A stretch of DNA of 63,755 bases, taken from NCBI GenBank assembly GCA_026396575.1, contig JAPLWM010000016.1:1-63755 (forward strand). Reading direction: 5' to 3'. Both the position numbers and the translations under genes were made by a program. The stretch is from Candidatus Komeilibacteria bacterium. Its GTDB lineage: Bacteria > Patescibacteriota > Patescibacteriia > UBA1558 > UBA10009. Shown here one piece after another: positions 36,588-49,300 of the stretch (the stretch's first letter is position 1; each line of letters opens with the position of its first letter). A model generated the notes under the pieces. The model did no database searches. It was not told the origin of the DNA and worked only from the letters and a program-made list of their open reading frames with translations.

Positions 36588-39500
36588 ATGCTTAACAAAA
36601 AAGAACTAAAACAAAACCATGTATCCCACGAAGCTTTAAAAGCGAAGGGGGAGCAGAACCAGCCAGTTCAAACCGTTGATGATTTAGATCGCTTTGTATC
36701 TCTTACGGAAGCTTCGGGCTTGTGTTCTTACTCCCAGGAATATCTTTCCTTGCTGGCCAGAAAAGGTTTAATCGGGGCGGTTAAAATGGGACGCAACTGG
36801 GTAATTACCCGTAGGGTCCTTTTTAGTTACATTCAAGGGCATGCCGAGGATCTTAAAGGCAACAATCGGGGCAGGATTATGGCGGCCCAGGAAAAAGTCA
36901 GGGAGTTTTTGGAAAACAACATTTTTACCATCCGCCTTTCCGACTTAGCCAAAAGAGGATTGGCCGCTGCTAAGTTGGGCTTAAAACGCGGTTGGCAGAA
37001 TTTGCCCGGTTTAACCAAGAACGCCTTTAAGCAATCGGTTGGCACAACCCGCCAGGCGGCTGATACCGTGAGCCGGGTTTTTACTCCGCTGGTTTTAAAG
37101 AGGGCTTTGGCAATTTTGATTTTAACCGGTTTTGCCGCTTTAAGTTTTATCATCTCGCCGGTGGCGGCCAAGTACTACAAAAAAGATTTTGATTTGATTG
37201 CCAAATTCGCCAGCGCTACCGTGGGCCGTTCCTTGGCAGCCGGAAGTAAAAGTTTTCAGGACACCGTAAAAATTTACGAGGATACGATTGCCTTTGTTAA
37301 AAAACCAAATGTTGCCGATGTAAAAATTACCGGAAAATATTTAGCGCGCGGCTTTGCCGATTTAGGCAAAGATATTTTAGTGGGTTCGGTTTTTTTGGCC
37401 AATGATTTTTCCAATAAATATTTAGACACGGCTGTTTTAAAACTGGCGCGGTTTTCCGAATCAGCCGGACAAGTTTCCAAGCTGCTTGTTTCGCCAACCA
37501 ACGTCAGGGATATTTTAGCCGTTGCCGCCGAAACAAAATTAAATTATTTTGATTTTCAAAATTTTATCGGTCAGCTGGCAGCGACGCATAATTATGCGTC
37601 GTTACATATTTTTTCGCCTTTAATTGATTCTTACGCGGAGCTGGGCGAGCGCGTCAAATTGCTGGCGCAAAATAAATTGCAGCCGGCAATTTTCGCGGTT
37701 AGAAATTCTTTCAACCGGGGAATAATTAAATTGGCGCAGCGGAAAACCATTCAACCGCAGGTAGCCGGTGTTTATGAGATACAAGAAACAAGTAATAATT
37801 TCCAAGTAACAAAAAATACCCAAATTTCAAATTTCAATTTTCAAGCATTTTTAACGGCTGTTAAAAATTCATTAAAAGATAATTTTAAAACCGGACAAAC
37901 GCTGGTTGCCCAACTTGGGGAATTATTCGGTAAAGCGCCGGCAAAGTTTATTGCTTTCTTGCAAAATAGCAATGATCGGCCGCAAATTTTAGCCGGGTTG
38001 TTTAAACGGGTCGGCGACGGTTTAGCCGATCTGGCCAATCTTTCTTTTGATAAATTTTCCCGGCAACTGGCTAGGGATAAGTTTTTAGCCCAGCTGGCTT
38101 ATCACAATATTTTTTATCCCGACACCCGGCTGGTTAGCAACAAAAACTTTTTAACTCGCGAAGAAGCGGTTCAATTATTTGGGCAAATCGGCCAAAATAT
38201 TACTTACATTACCAATGCCGAGGGCAAAATAGTCGGCATTGTCGGCCCTAAGGGTTTAGCCGGGCTAGCCGGACCGGCAGGGCCAGCTGGAGCAAAGGGC
38301 GAAGCCGGACTGCCAGGAATTCAAGGCCCGCCCGGCGGACCATTTAACGGCAATACCACCCAATACGGTTCAACCACTGTCTATAACAATAGCACAGTGG
38401 TTCAGAGTTTATCGGCCTTGGACAGCATGTCGGTTAAAAACGGCTTGGGCGTGGGCGGCAACTTAACCGTGGCCGGCAGCGCGCAATTCGGCACCAACGC
38501 TAATAATACTTTTTTGGTGGTTGGGCCGGCCACTTTTAACAACAGCTTAACCGCCGGATCTTTAAGCACCGTCGGGGAAGCCACCATCGGCACCACCCTG
38601 AAGGTGACGGGGGTTTCCACTTTTGCAGGTAATATTGCAGTGGGCGGCATGGCCACCATTACCGCCTCAACCGGCGATTTTAATACCCAAGGCAATGTAA
38701 CCATTGGCGGAACTTTAAATGTCGGCGGCAGCCAGTTTGGCGCTACGACCACGCTTTCCGCTACCGGAACAAACACCATTTTAACCGTCAGGCAGGGTGG
38801 AACAGGGGACTTGTTTAATTTGTATGACGGCGGAACAGAGGTAATGACGGTAACGAATGGCGGTTATGTTGGCATCGGCACAAGCACGCCCGATGTACTT
38901 TTGGCGATAGGCAACGGGCAATTAAAAGTTGCGGCTGCCGGCCCGGTTACTTCGCAAGGGCATACTTTGCGTTTAAACGTTAATAATTTTTCTTCGGCTA
39001 AAGTTCCAGCGCCTCTTATTAACGGCAAATACGACGCTTTCGGCATTATAGACATGTTTCCTTCTGGAAAGTTTATTATTGTTTACCGCGAAGGCACTGA
39101 TCACGCAACCACCCTTAATGGTGTTATAAGAATTCAGACATCCGTTAATCAGGGTGGCAGTTGGAGCGCTCCGGTAACAATTGCTTCCGCAAATGGAATT
39201 GATTTGCGCAATATCGGCGGAGGCATTACGCCAACGGGCCGTTTAATTGTTTTTTACAGCAGATATAATGCTGTTAATCCGCAAAGGGCGGAATATATTT
39301 ATTCCGATGATGAGGGCGTAACTTGGTCGGCCCCAATTTCCATGGATAGGGGCGAAGATTATAACAGCTTTGTGGCTTACGGCAAAACAATTGCCATTGG
39401 CAATAATACCATTATGGCATCTTTTTATGGCGCGCAAAATGACGGCATTTACACTGTTGCCGTGGTTAAAAGCGCTGATAACGGCAAAACCTGGGGCAAG

Positions 39501-40337
39501 CCGATTATTACGGGAGTAAGCGCCAATCATCAGGAGTACGTTGAAGGTTCTTTTGTTTATCTGGGGGGAAATTACATAGTGGGCTTAGCCAGGGATGATG
39601 GCGGCGGTTATCCACCATACTTGCTCCACCAATTTGTAAGTTCCGATAACGGCGACACCTGGACGGATCAGGGCGATGTTGATCTTAAGGCGCCTGTTGG
39701 TTCTAGCGGCGGCATTAAAATGCCCTGGCTTAGCACTTATATTTCCAATGGCAAACGGATAGCGGCGGCTTATTATTATGATCGTTCTTACAATGAATTA
39801 AGGGCTATTTACGGCGCTCCCGAAGATATTATTAAGGGAGTTTCCGGCTGGAAAAGCGATGACATAATAACCATTGCTCATAATTACAACCCGGTTTCCA
39901 ATGGGAGCGGATATCCAACCGTTGTTCATCCTTATGACAGCCCCGAAGGGCTTGGCTGGTTTTACGAGGAACTAACGGCAACGAAAACGCAAATGGTTTT
40001 CTTTAAGGTGCCGATAGACCGCTCAATGTTTAACAGCCCCATGGTTATCAATGTGGCAACTTCAACCATTAACGCGCCCGCTTTAAAAGTTGTCGCTACA
40101 TCCTCCATTGACTTAATCCAATTTTCCCAGCAAGGCACTGGTAAAATTTTAGGGCTTTATGACGGCGTTGCTTCATCAACTATAGATAAAAATTTGGCTT
40201 TTGGCGTTTATAATGGCGGTTATGCCAAATTGTACGCCACTTCCACGCAAACCGCCTTGCGGATTCAGGATTCAGCAATCTTCAACCGGCAATATTTTAG
40301 AATTGTACAGTTCTTCAACTTTGGCTTTAAGCGTTAA
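36588..40337 (+). CDS. 5' part of giant surface protein: HTH, TM, collagen-like stretch, BNR/Asp-box sialidase-like domain
   Basis: SLTEASGLCSYSQEYLSLLARKG HTH; 11 GXY triplets 38244-38342; four SxDxGxTW-type boxes; frame broken by 7-nt duplication at 40261-40274. Confidence 0.85.
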   Translation: MLNKKELKQNHVSHEALKAKGEQNQPVQTVDDLDRFVSLTEASGLCSYSQEYLSLLARKGLIGAVKMGRNWVITRRVLFSYIQGHAEDLKGNNRGRIMAAQEKVREFLENNIFTIRLSDLAKRGLAAAKLGLKRGWQNLPGLTKNAFKQSVGTTRQAADTVSRVFTPLVLKRALAILILTGFAALSFIISPVAAKYYKKDFDLIAKFASATVGRSLAAGSKSFQDTVKIYEDTIAFVKKPNVADVKITGKYLARGFADLGKDILVGSVFLANDFSNKYLDTAVLKLARFSESAGQVSKLLVSPTNVRDILAVAAETKLNYFDFQNFIGQLAATHNYASLHIFSPLIDSYAELGERVKLLAQNKLQPAIFAVRNSFNRGIIKLAQRKTIQPQVAGVYEIQETSNNFQVTKNTQISNFNFQAFLTAVKNSLKDNFKTGQTLVAQLGELFGKAPAKFIAFLQNSNDRPQILAGLFKRVGDGLADLANLSFDKFSRQLARDKFLAQLAYHNIFYPDTRLVSNKNFLTREEAVQLFGQIGQNITYITNAEGKIVGIVGPKGLAGLAGPAGPAGAKGEAGLPGIQGPPGGPFNGNTTQYGSTTVYNNSTVVQSLSALDSMSVKNGLGVGGNLTVAGSAQFGTNANNTFLVVGPATFNNSLTAGSLSTVGEATIGTTLKVTGVSTFAGNIAVGGMATITASTGDFNTQGNVTIGGTLNVGGSQFGATTTLSATGTNTILTVRQGGTGDLFNLYDGGTEVMTVTNGGYVGIGTSTPDVLLAIGNGQLKVAAAGPVTSQGHTLRLNVNNFSSAKVPAPLINGKYDAFGIIDMFPSGKFIIVYREGTDHATTLNGVIRIQTSVNQGGSWSAPVTIASANGIDLRNIGGGITPTGRLIVFYSRYNAVNPQRAEYIYSDDEGVTWSAPISMDRGEDYNSFVAYGKTIAIGNNTIMASFYGAQNDGIYTVAVVKSADNGKTWGKPIITGVSANHQEYVEGSFVYLGGNYIVGLARDDGGGYPPYLLHQFVSSDNGDTWTDQGDVDLKAPVGSSGGIKMPWLSTYISNGKRIAAAYYYDRSYNELRAIYGAPEDIIKGVSGWKSDDIITIAHNYNPVSNGSGYPTVVHPYDSPEGLGWFYEELTATKTQMVFFKVPIDRSMFNSPMVINVATSTINAPALKVVATSSIDLIQFSQQGTGKILGLYDGVASSTIDKNLAFGVYNGGYAKLYATSTQTALRIQDSAIFNRQYFRIVQFFNFGFKR
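40127..40267 (+). repeat. 141-bp exact direct repeat, second copy at 42219-42359
   Basis: Base-by-base identical. Confidence 0.95.
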
Positions 40338-43300
40338 AAACACCGGCCAAACAATTTTATCCGCTTTGCCAAAAATTTCGGCGCCGGCTTTATTGATTCA
40401 GCCGTACAACACTTCTTCTTTCAGCCAAACAACTTCCACTATGGCGCTGGTTAACGCCGCTTCCGGCTTTACCGGCGATTTGCTTTCCTTGCAGGTTAAC
40501 GGTTCAACCAAGTTCAGGATTGATTACCAGGGCAATGCCTCTTATTACAGCACTTCGGTTTATGGCGGCGATATAATTCCCGGTTTGGATAATACTTATG
40601 ATATCGGCAGTTTGGCAAACACCAAGCGCTGGCGCGATGTTTCCTTGTACCGCGATTTAAATATTGGCGCCGTTAATACCGCCGATAAATTAGTGCGCTT
40701 AAGTTCCACTTCCATCGCGGTTTACAATACCGATTTAACCATTCAAACGAATAATTCTAAAAATTTACTTTTAAATCCGAGCGGCAATAAAGTGGGGATC
40801 GGCTCTTCAACTCCGGCCGCAACTTTAGCCATCCAAAGCCAGCCGGGCCAAACTTATGATTTATTCCGCATTGGCACTTCTTCAAATTTAATTTTAGCTA
40901 CAACAACCGACGCTTCGTTCTTTAAAGTTTCGGCTGGTGGAAATACAACTATCGCTGGCAAAGCTATAAATCCAACCTGGGTCGGCCAATTATCCACCAG
41001 CTCTTTGGATTTTACTAGAGGAGTTTATGTGGTTGGCAATTACGCTTACATGACAGCTCACGACAGGGATGCTTTGGTTATAGTGGATGTTTCCAATCCA
41101 ACAAGCCCTACTTTTATTTCCGAATTAAGGCCTGATGGCGCCAATGGCAAGCTTGACGGCGCCAGAACGATTGTTGTCCAAGGCAAATATGCTTACATAA
41201 CCAGCCAAGACCGTGATGCTTTATCAGTTGTTGATATTTCCAATCCTTACAACCCGGTTTTTGTTTCCGAATTAAGGCCGAATGGCGCCAATGGATTATT
41301 GGATGGCATTTATGATATTTTTGTTTCGGGCAATTATGCTTATGTGGCAAATGTTTCCAGGGATTCTTTAGCCATTATTGATATTTCCAATCCTTACAAT
41401 CCGGTTTTTGTTTCCGAAGTTAAAAATCCCAATGGCAATAACGAACTTGACGGTGCTGCAGGGGTGTTTGTTTCCGGCAGGTATGCCTATGTAACTGGTT
41501 ATAGCAGGGATTCTTTTGTGATTATTGATGTTGCCAATCCGGCTTCTCCAAGATTTGTTTCGGAACTTCATCCCAGTGCGGTTGCGTTTGGACCGCTTGA
41601 TGCCGTTAGAGGGCTTTTTGTAAGGGGTAAATACGCTTATGTAGTTTCGGAACAAAGAAACGCCTTAACGATAATTGATATTTCCAACCCAACAAGCCCA
41701 ACTATAGTATCCGAAGAGCGCGGTCCGCGTCCGGGAAGTGGAACCGGAGATTATTCGTTAGGCGGCGGTTCGGGAATAGTTGTTTCCGGCAATTACGCTT
41801 ACATTGCCTTGGAACGGGGATCCTTTGCCGTAATTGATATTTCCAATCCCTTGGATCCTGTTTTTATTGCTGAAGTTAAAAATCCTGGTGGCAATAACGA
41901 ACTTGCCGGCGCTTTTGGATTATTCGTTGCCGGCAATTACGCCTATACTGCCAATGATGGCAATGACTCTCTTTCAATTATTGATATTTCGGGGCTTACG
42001 GTAAATAATGCAGAAATCGGCACTCTTAAAGTTGGCAATATGGTGGTTGATTCCATGGCGCAGTTTAACAGCGGCATGCAAATCCAAGGCGGATTAAATG
42101 TTGGCAAGGGCGCCATGTTTGGCGGACCGGTTGCCATTAATGTTTCCACTTCCACTTCGGTTGGAATTTCTGCTTTGACGGTTACGGCTACCTCTTCAAC
42201 TGATTTGATTGCCTTTGGCCAGCAAGGCACTGGTAAAATTTTAGGGCTTTATGACGGCGTTGCTTCATCAACTATAGATAAAAATTTGGCTTTTGGCGTT
42301 TATAATGGCGGTTATGCCAAATTGTACGCCACTTCCACGCAAACCGCCTTGCGGATTCATAAAGGCGCCAGTAATTATTTAACCGTTTCTAATAGTGGTT
42401 TGGTTGGCATAGGAACAACCACTCCCAAATCCGTTTTATCCGTTTCCACTCTGGCTCAAGTTTCCGGAAATACCAAATTATTTACTGTTGCTTCAACAAC
42501 CGGCGCCAGTTTGCTTACGGTTTTGGCTAATGGCAACGTGGGGATTAGCACCAGCACGCCTTCTTACAAATTAGCCGTTCAAGGAACCTCTAATAGTGTT
42601 GGCGCAATCGGCGCCGATCAGGTAACTAACGGCCTTTTTTCAACAGATCCTTCCGCCAATTGGACATATTCCGGAACTTGGTCTTGGAGTTCTTCCAGAA
42701 TGAACTATACCGGCACTACCGGCGGGGTCGCGGCTGTAACCATAGATAACGGCGGCACCGGCTATGCCGTTGGCAACACTTTAACCATTACGGGCGGAGG
42801 CGGCAATGCTGTTTTAACAGTTTCTACGGTTTCTTCGGGAGTTATTACCGCTGTAACCATTGCTTCAGCCGGAACTGGTTACGCAGTTGGCGCTGGCAAA
42901 ACTGTAACCGGCGGAGCCGGCTCCGGCGCGACTTTTTCCATTTCCCGCCTGTCAGACAGCGCCAATACATTATCCCAAAACGTTTCCGTAATTGCCAGCA
43001 GCACTTATGAGGTTGTTTACACGGTGGATTACCGTACGGCCGGAGAAGTTAATGTTACCTTAGGCGGAGTTTCAGGACACCGCATTAGCACTCTTTATAA
43101 TATTGTAAGCCAAATTATTACCACCAACGATACCGGTAACTTAATCTTTACCCCGACCGCTGATTTTTCCGGCAGGATTGACACTGTTTCCGTAAAGCTT
43201 TTAACCAAATCAACCGCTATTGCTTCTTTTGCCAATTCCAACGGCACCACCGGTATTGAAGTAAGATCGGGCGGTTCTAATTTCTACAATACTTTTATCG

Positions 43301-46300
43301 GCGTTAATGCCGGAATAAGTACTTATAATCCATCTTCTGTTTACGGCTTCTATAATTCAGCTTTTGGCAGCCAGGCTCTTATGGGTAATACTACGGGTAC
43401 CTATAATTCAGCTTTTGGCAGCCAGGCTCTTATGGGTAATACTACGGGCGAGGCTAATACGGCCATTGGGGCGGATACGCTTCAATTCAATACCATCGGC
43501 AAAACTAATATAGCAGTTGGAGCCGCTACCTTGAAATATAATACCACTGGCTCAAATAATACCGCTGTTGGTTATGGCACGCTTTTTTATAATACTACCG
43601 GCTTAAATAATACCACTTTTGGCTATGGCGCCGGCTACATTCAAACCACCGCTTCAAACAATATTTATTTAGGCTATCAAGCGGGTGATAACATTACTAC
43701 CGGTTCCAACAATATCGTTATCGGCTACGATATTAACGCGCCTTCGGCAACGGCTTCCAATCAGTTAAATATCGGCAATCTTATTTTTGGCACAGGCATA
43801 GACGGTACCGGTAATATTTTAAGCACGGGTAAAATCGGCATTGGCACCACTACTCCTGCTGCTAAATTCGCGGCTTCTTCAACCAGCAATATCGTTGCCA
43901 TGTTTGACCAAAGAGGCACTTCGGATATTTTAAGGTTGAATGACGCTGGCACGACCGTGTTTAAAGTCCAAGACGGAGGATATGTTGGAGTGGGAACCAA
44001 TACTCCAAAATCCGTGCTTTCTGTTTCCACTTTAGCTCAAGCTTCCGGAAATACTAAATTATTTACCGTGGCTTCAACCACCGGTGCTTCACTATTCCAA
44101 GTTTTAGGCAATGGAAATACAAGCATAAACGGCAATACTGTTATTACCGGCAATGCTACAACTACCGGCAAGTATTATGTTGGAGGTGATTTTAAAACAA
44201 ACGCCAATGCCACGACAACCGGCAGTTACTATATTGGCAATTCATTAACAGTCGCTGGCGCTTCGCTTTTTAGCAATCCTGCCACATTTAATTCTACAAT
44301 CAACGGCCAAACAATTTCCAGCGCTGCCAACTTTACCGGCTCGCTTACAACTGCCGGCAATATTAATACTACCGGCGGTGTAATTCAAACCAACTCCGTA
44401 ACCAGAATAGATAACTCCGGCAATCTAACCAACATCGGCACCATTACTTCCGGCCTTATCAATGGCCAAACTATTACATCGGCTGCCAACTTTACCGGTT
44501 CTTTAAATGTTGCCGGCAACACTACTCTGCAAGGAACATTGGCTGTTACTGGAAATCAAACTTTTGCCGGCAATTTTTCCGTGGGCGGCAGAGCAACCAT
44601 TACCGCCGCTACCGGCAACATACAAACCAGAGGCAATATTTACGCCACCGGCACATTAGCAATTGACGGACAATCAATTTTTAGAGATAAGATTGGCATC
44701 GGCACAACTTCACCCAAATCAATGTTGTCTGTTTCTACCTTGGCTCAACAAGCTTCAAATTACAAACTATTTACCGTTGCTTCCACCACCGGCGCTTCGC
44801 TGTTTCAAGTTCAAGGCAGTGGTTTGGTTGGCATTGGCACTACCACTCCTGTTGCCAATTTAACAGTTGCCGGTTCAGTTTCAGGCAGATCATTTAACGG
44901 CAATACTGCTGCCAGCTGGGGCGGACCATGGTTTGCCACAGGAACAAAGGACTTGCTGGCTTGGTATCCGCTAGGCAAGCGCGACAGCCAAAATGGCAAA
45001 ATGAGCGATATTTCGGGCAATGAACATCATGGCACCATAACAGCTGGCTCCAGCGCTGGTTTTGTGGCTGACTGGTCTGGCAGAATGGAATCGGCTTATG
45101 ATTTTGACGGAGCCGATACCAAAATTGATACGGGTTCGGATTGGATTGGCACACAGGCAGTTACTATTTCGGCTTGGATTTATGCGGATGGGTGGGGAGA
45201 AAGTGACAACGGGATGATTCTTTTTAATAATAAATTATTTATAGGGGTAAAATTAACAACAGATGAAGGTTATGTTGAAAATATTTGGGCAAGCAATAAT
45301 AATGCTTCTATTATTCATTCAGCAAGTTATTCAATAACTTTAGGAAACTGGTATCATGTTGTGGTTACAAGAAATTCAGCAGGAACAGGAAATATTTATA
45401 TAAATGGAGTTCAGTCAGGTGAAGCAAATCATAATTTTGGAACTCCAGAAGCAGGTACTACAAATGTAATAATTGGAAATAGCACAGGACAAACAGTAAC
45501 CTTTGACGGCCGCATTTCCGATTTAAGAGTATATAATAGAGTTTTATCAGCCGGTGAAGTTGCCGGATTATACAATGGTTCCGAATCAACTTATGCTACC
45601 CGCGTAGGCATTGGCACCACCACTCCTCAATCGGTGTTAAGCGTTACCACCGCTTTACAGCAGGCCGCTTCTACAAAATTATTTACAGTGGCTTCCACCA
45701 CCGGCGCTACTTTGTTCCAAGTATTAGGCAACGGCCAAACAATAGTTGGCTCTGGCGGCGCTGCCGGTTCCAACAAATTGACGGTTAATGGCAACTCGGT
45801 ATTTATAGGCAATGTAGGTATCGGCACCACCACGCCCGCGGCTAAATTATCTTTAGCCAGTCCAGGCTCGTTAGCTTCCGTGTTCCAGGTTGATGTTCCT
45901 TCTACTTATACCGGCAATCTTATAGATTTAAAAATAGCTTCAAGTTCCCGCTTGGTATTTAAAGAGAGCTCCAGCGGTTTAGGGCGTTTAGGAGTCGGCA
46001 CTTCCACTCCTTCAGCCAGAGTGTCCATTTCCGCTACCGCTCAAACAAGCCTGCCTTTACTTAGAGTTGCTTCAACCACTAATGCCACTTTATTAACCGT
46101 AGAATCCACTGGCAAAGTTGGCATCGGCTTAAGCAATCCTTCCGCTTATTTGCACGTTCAAGGCACTAACGAACAACTGCGTTTAAGCTACAATTCAACC
46201 GCTTACTGGTCCAACACCGTTAATGCTTCTGGAACTGCCACATTATTCGCCACCGGCAGGGACCCGGGATTTAATTTCCAAGTCAGGGACACAACCGCTT

Positions 46301-49300
46301 TAACGGTTAACGATGTTCAAATTACTTCCAACGTGCCTCTGCAAATTGCCCAATCAGGCGATGTTGGAGTTGCCGGAGATATTTTAATGTCCAACGGCAC
46401 CGCTTCCTATATAACAGGGGAGAATCCGTTAACTATCAGAACATATAATCCGTCGGCTAGCGTTGATTTAACCTTAACCGCGGCCAACAATGGCGTAGTG
46501 GTAATAGATGACGCTTTGGAAATTTACGGCACCACTACCATTGCCTTAACCCAAACTTCGGCTAACGCCGTTAATATTAAAGACCATTGGGGAACTAATA
46601 TTTTTAATATAAATAATTTAACCACTTCTTCACTGCGAACCTTTACTTTCGGGCCTAATAATGGAGCAGTGGCTACGGCTACCGGCATTCAAATCGGCTA
46701 TGGCGGAATTTGCGTTGATAACGACGGCAATTGCCAGGCCTCTACCACCGGCCGCGTTACCGCCCGTTCTTTCGGTACCGCCGGATCGGATGTGGCCGAA
46801 AATTATCCGTCGGTAGAGCATTTGGCAGCCGGTGATTTGGTTATGGCCGATCCCAATAATCCCGGCTATATTATTAAAACAACAGGCGAATACGATAATA
46901 ATGTTATCGGCGTAATCTCCGAAACTCCCGGCATTATTATGGGTTCCGAAGTAATCGGCTATCCCGTGGCTTTGGTTGGCAGGATTCCAACAAAAGTTTC
47001 TAATGTTAATGGCGAAATCAAGCCGGGCGATTTATTAACCGTTGCGCCTATTGCCGGTTATGCCATGAAGTTCAACGAAGGCGATACTTCCAAAATTATC
47101 GGCACGGCTTTGGATTCATTTAACGGCGCCGGCGCTTCAACCGACGGCCTTATTTCCATGTTTGTTAATCCGGATTACAAGTCGGTTAATAATCCTCAAA
47201 CATTCGGCTTAATTACCGATGGCCAGATTGCCACTAATGCCGCTATTTCCGATATTAAGCTGGCTACTATTTCCACTAAAGGCAAAATCATGGTAAGCGC
47301 TTTGCCGGTGGAAATCGCTTTGTTGCAGGGCGATACCCAGACCTTTACCGGCAATTATATTTTCGGCAAAGATGCCAATACTGCCGACTTGGTAGTTTTG
47401 AATGCCAAATTAGGCAGCGATATCAAGTTTGCCGCGGACAACTTCTATAATATAGGAAGCGCTGCCGCCTCGGCTGCCAATATTTATACCAAACAATTGA
47501 ATTCTTCCAAGATTGTGGTGGCCGCCGACATGGCCAATATGCAAAATATGAATCTTGACGATTACGGTTTGTATTTGGCCGCTTCATCGGGTAACGCTCT
47601 ATTTGGTGATAATGCGATTGTCGGTGCGCGCCGTGGCGCGCCCGTACAGGTAGCATTGCCCGAGTATCCTGATTTCGTAATGAACGGCGGCGACCTTTTA
47701 GTTAACGACGATTTGGGAGTGCGCGGCGATTTATACGTGGTCGGCGATATCCGCGTGGCCGGCGCCATTGAATTTGCCAAAGAGGGCATAGCGCAAATGA
47801 TGAATCTAACAGGTGAATATTTAATAAGCGGTAATATAGTGGTTGTTAATGCCAGCGGAACTTCACAAGGCAAGGTGGCTGCTTTGGCTAATTCCAGCGA
47901 AATTATTGGTGTGATTGGTACAAATTCTGCAGCGATTTTTGGACAAAATAATCATGAAAACAATTTACCTGTTATTGTTTCGGGCATGGCAATCGTTAAT
48001 GTTTCAGCGGAAAATGGATCTATCAAGAGAGGCGATAAATTAACCACTGCCGATTCGGCCGGTTACGCCCAGTTGGCTACCCGCCCGGGCGCCGGAGTTT
48101 TAGGCATTGCTGCCGAAGATTTAAGCGAAGGCCAAGGCAAAATAAAAGTTTTGGTGGATTTGGGAACCTATTTTGCGCCGCTGGCCAAGGTAATTACCGT
48201 GGGTTCGTCCGGCAGCGATTATAAAACCATTACCAAGGCTTTAAACTCCATTAATGATAATTCCAATGAAAATCGGTATTTAATCAAAGTAGCGCCGGGC
48301 GTTTATAACGAACAAATTATCTTGAAAGATTACGTGGACGTGGTGGGCGAAGGCAGCGGTTTGGTAACCGTTAAGAGCGATAAATCGCCGGTAGTAATCG
48401 CTTCCGCCAATGCCCGTTTGGAAGGCGCCACGATTTCTTCAAACAATTCTTCAAGCGAGCCGATGATTGTTTCCATTAATAACGATAATAAGGAAATAAT
48501 CTTGAAGGATTTGAAATTGGATGCCGCTACCGATAATCCGGCCGTGGGCGTAAGCATTACTGGAAATTCGGGCAAAATCATGTTAAGCGAATTAACTTTT
48601 AATTCAAACTTCACCCAAGGCATTGTTAATTTGGGCGCCGCCGATGTTTCGGTGATGAATTCCGATTTAAGCTCAATTATCGGCACGGCTTTAAGCGCCC
48701 AAAACGGCCGGGTTTTAACTTATAATAATAACTTTAACGGCGTGTTGGGCGATATTAACGTGGCTCAAGGCGCTCGCGTTGAATCCACCGGCGACCAGTA
48801 TGCCAAAGTCAGCAATGCCGGCGTATTCTTGGATAAAACCAACCGCGGCAAAGTTGACAGCGATTACATTGACTATGGTTGGTTAGCCGAGCAATCAGCC
48901 GGTTTGCAAATCAATATTTCCGCGGGCCAGGGCTATGTTAACGGCGTTAAGGTTAATACGGCGGCCGTTGGCAATTTGGCCGTAAATGCTTCTTCCACCA
49001 ATTATATTTTTATGACGGATGAGGGTAATGTTTTGGCTACAACTACCCCCAACCCCCTCTTTAATCTCCCCCTTGATAAGGGGGAGAAAGAGAGGGGGTC
49101 GGTTATCATCGCTACGGTGCAAACTTCCATTTCGGCCATTACTTCCATTTCCAATGAACGCGCCAACGAAATTACCGTGGCCAAGCAGGGCGGCAAATTC
49201 AGGACCATTACTGATGCCCTTAATTCCATAACTTCCGCTTCGGAACATAACCGTTGGACCATTAGAGTCGGCTCCGGCGTGTATAACGAACAAATTGTGT

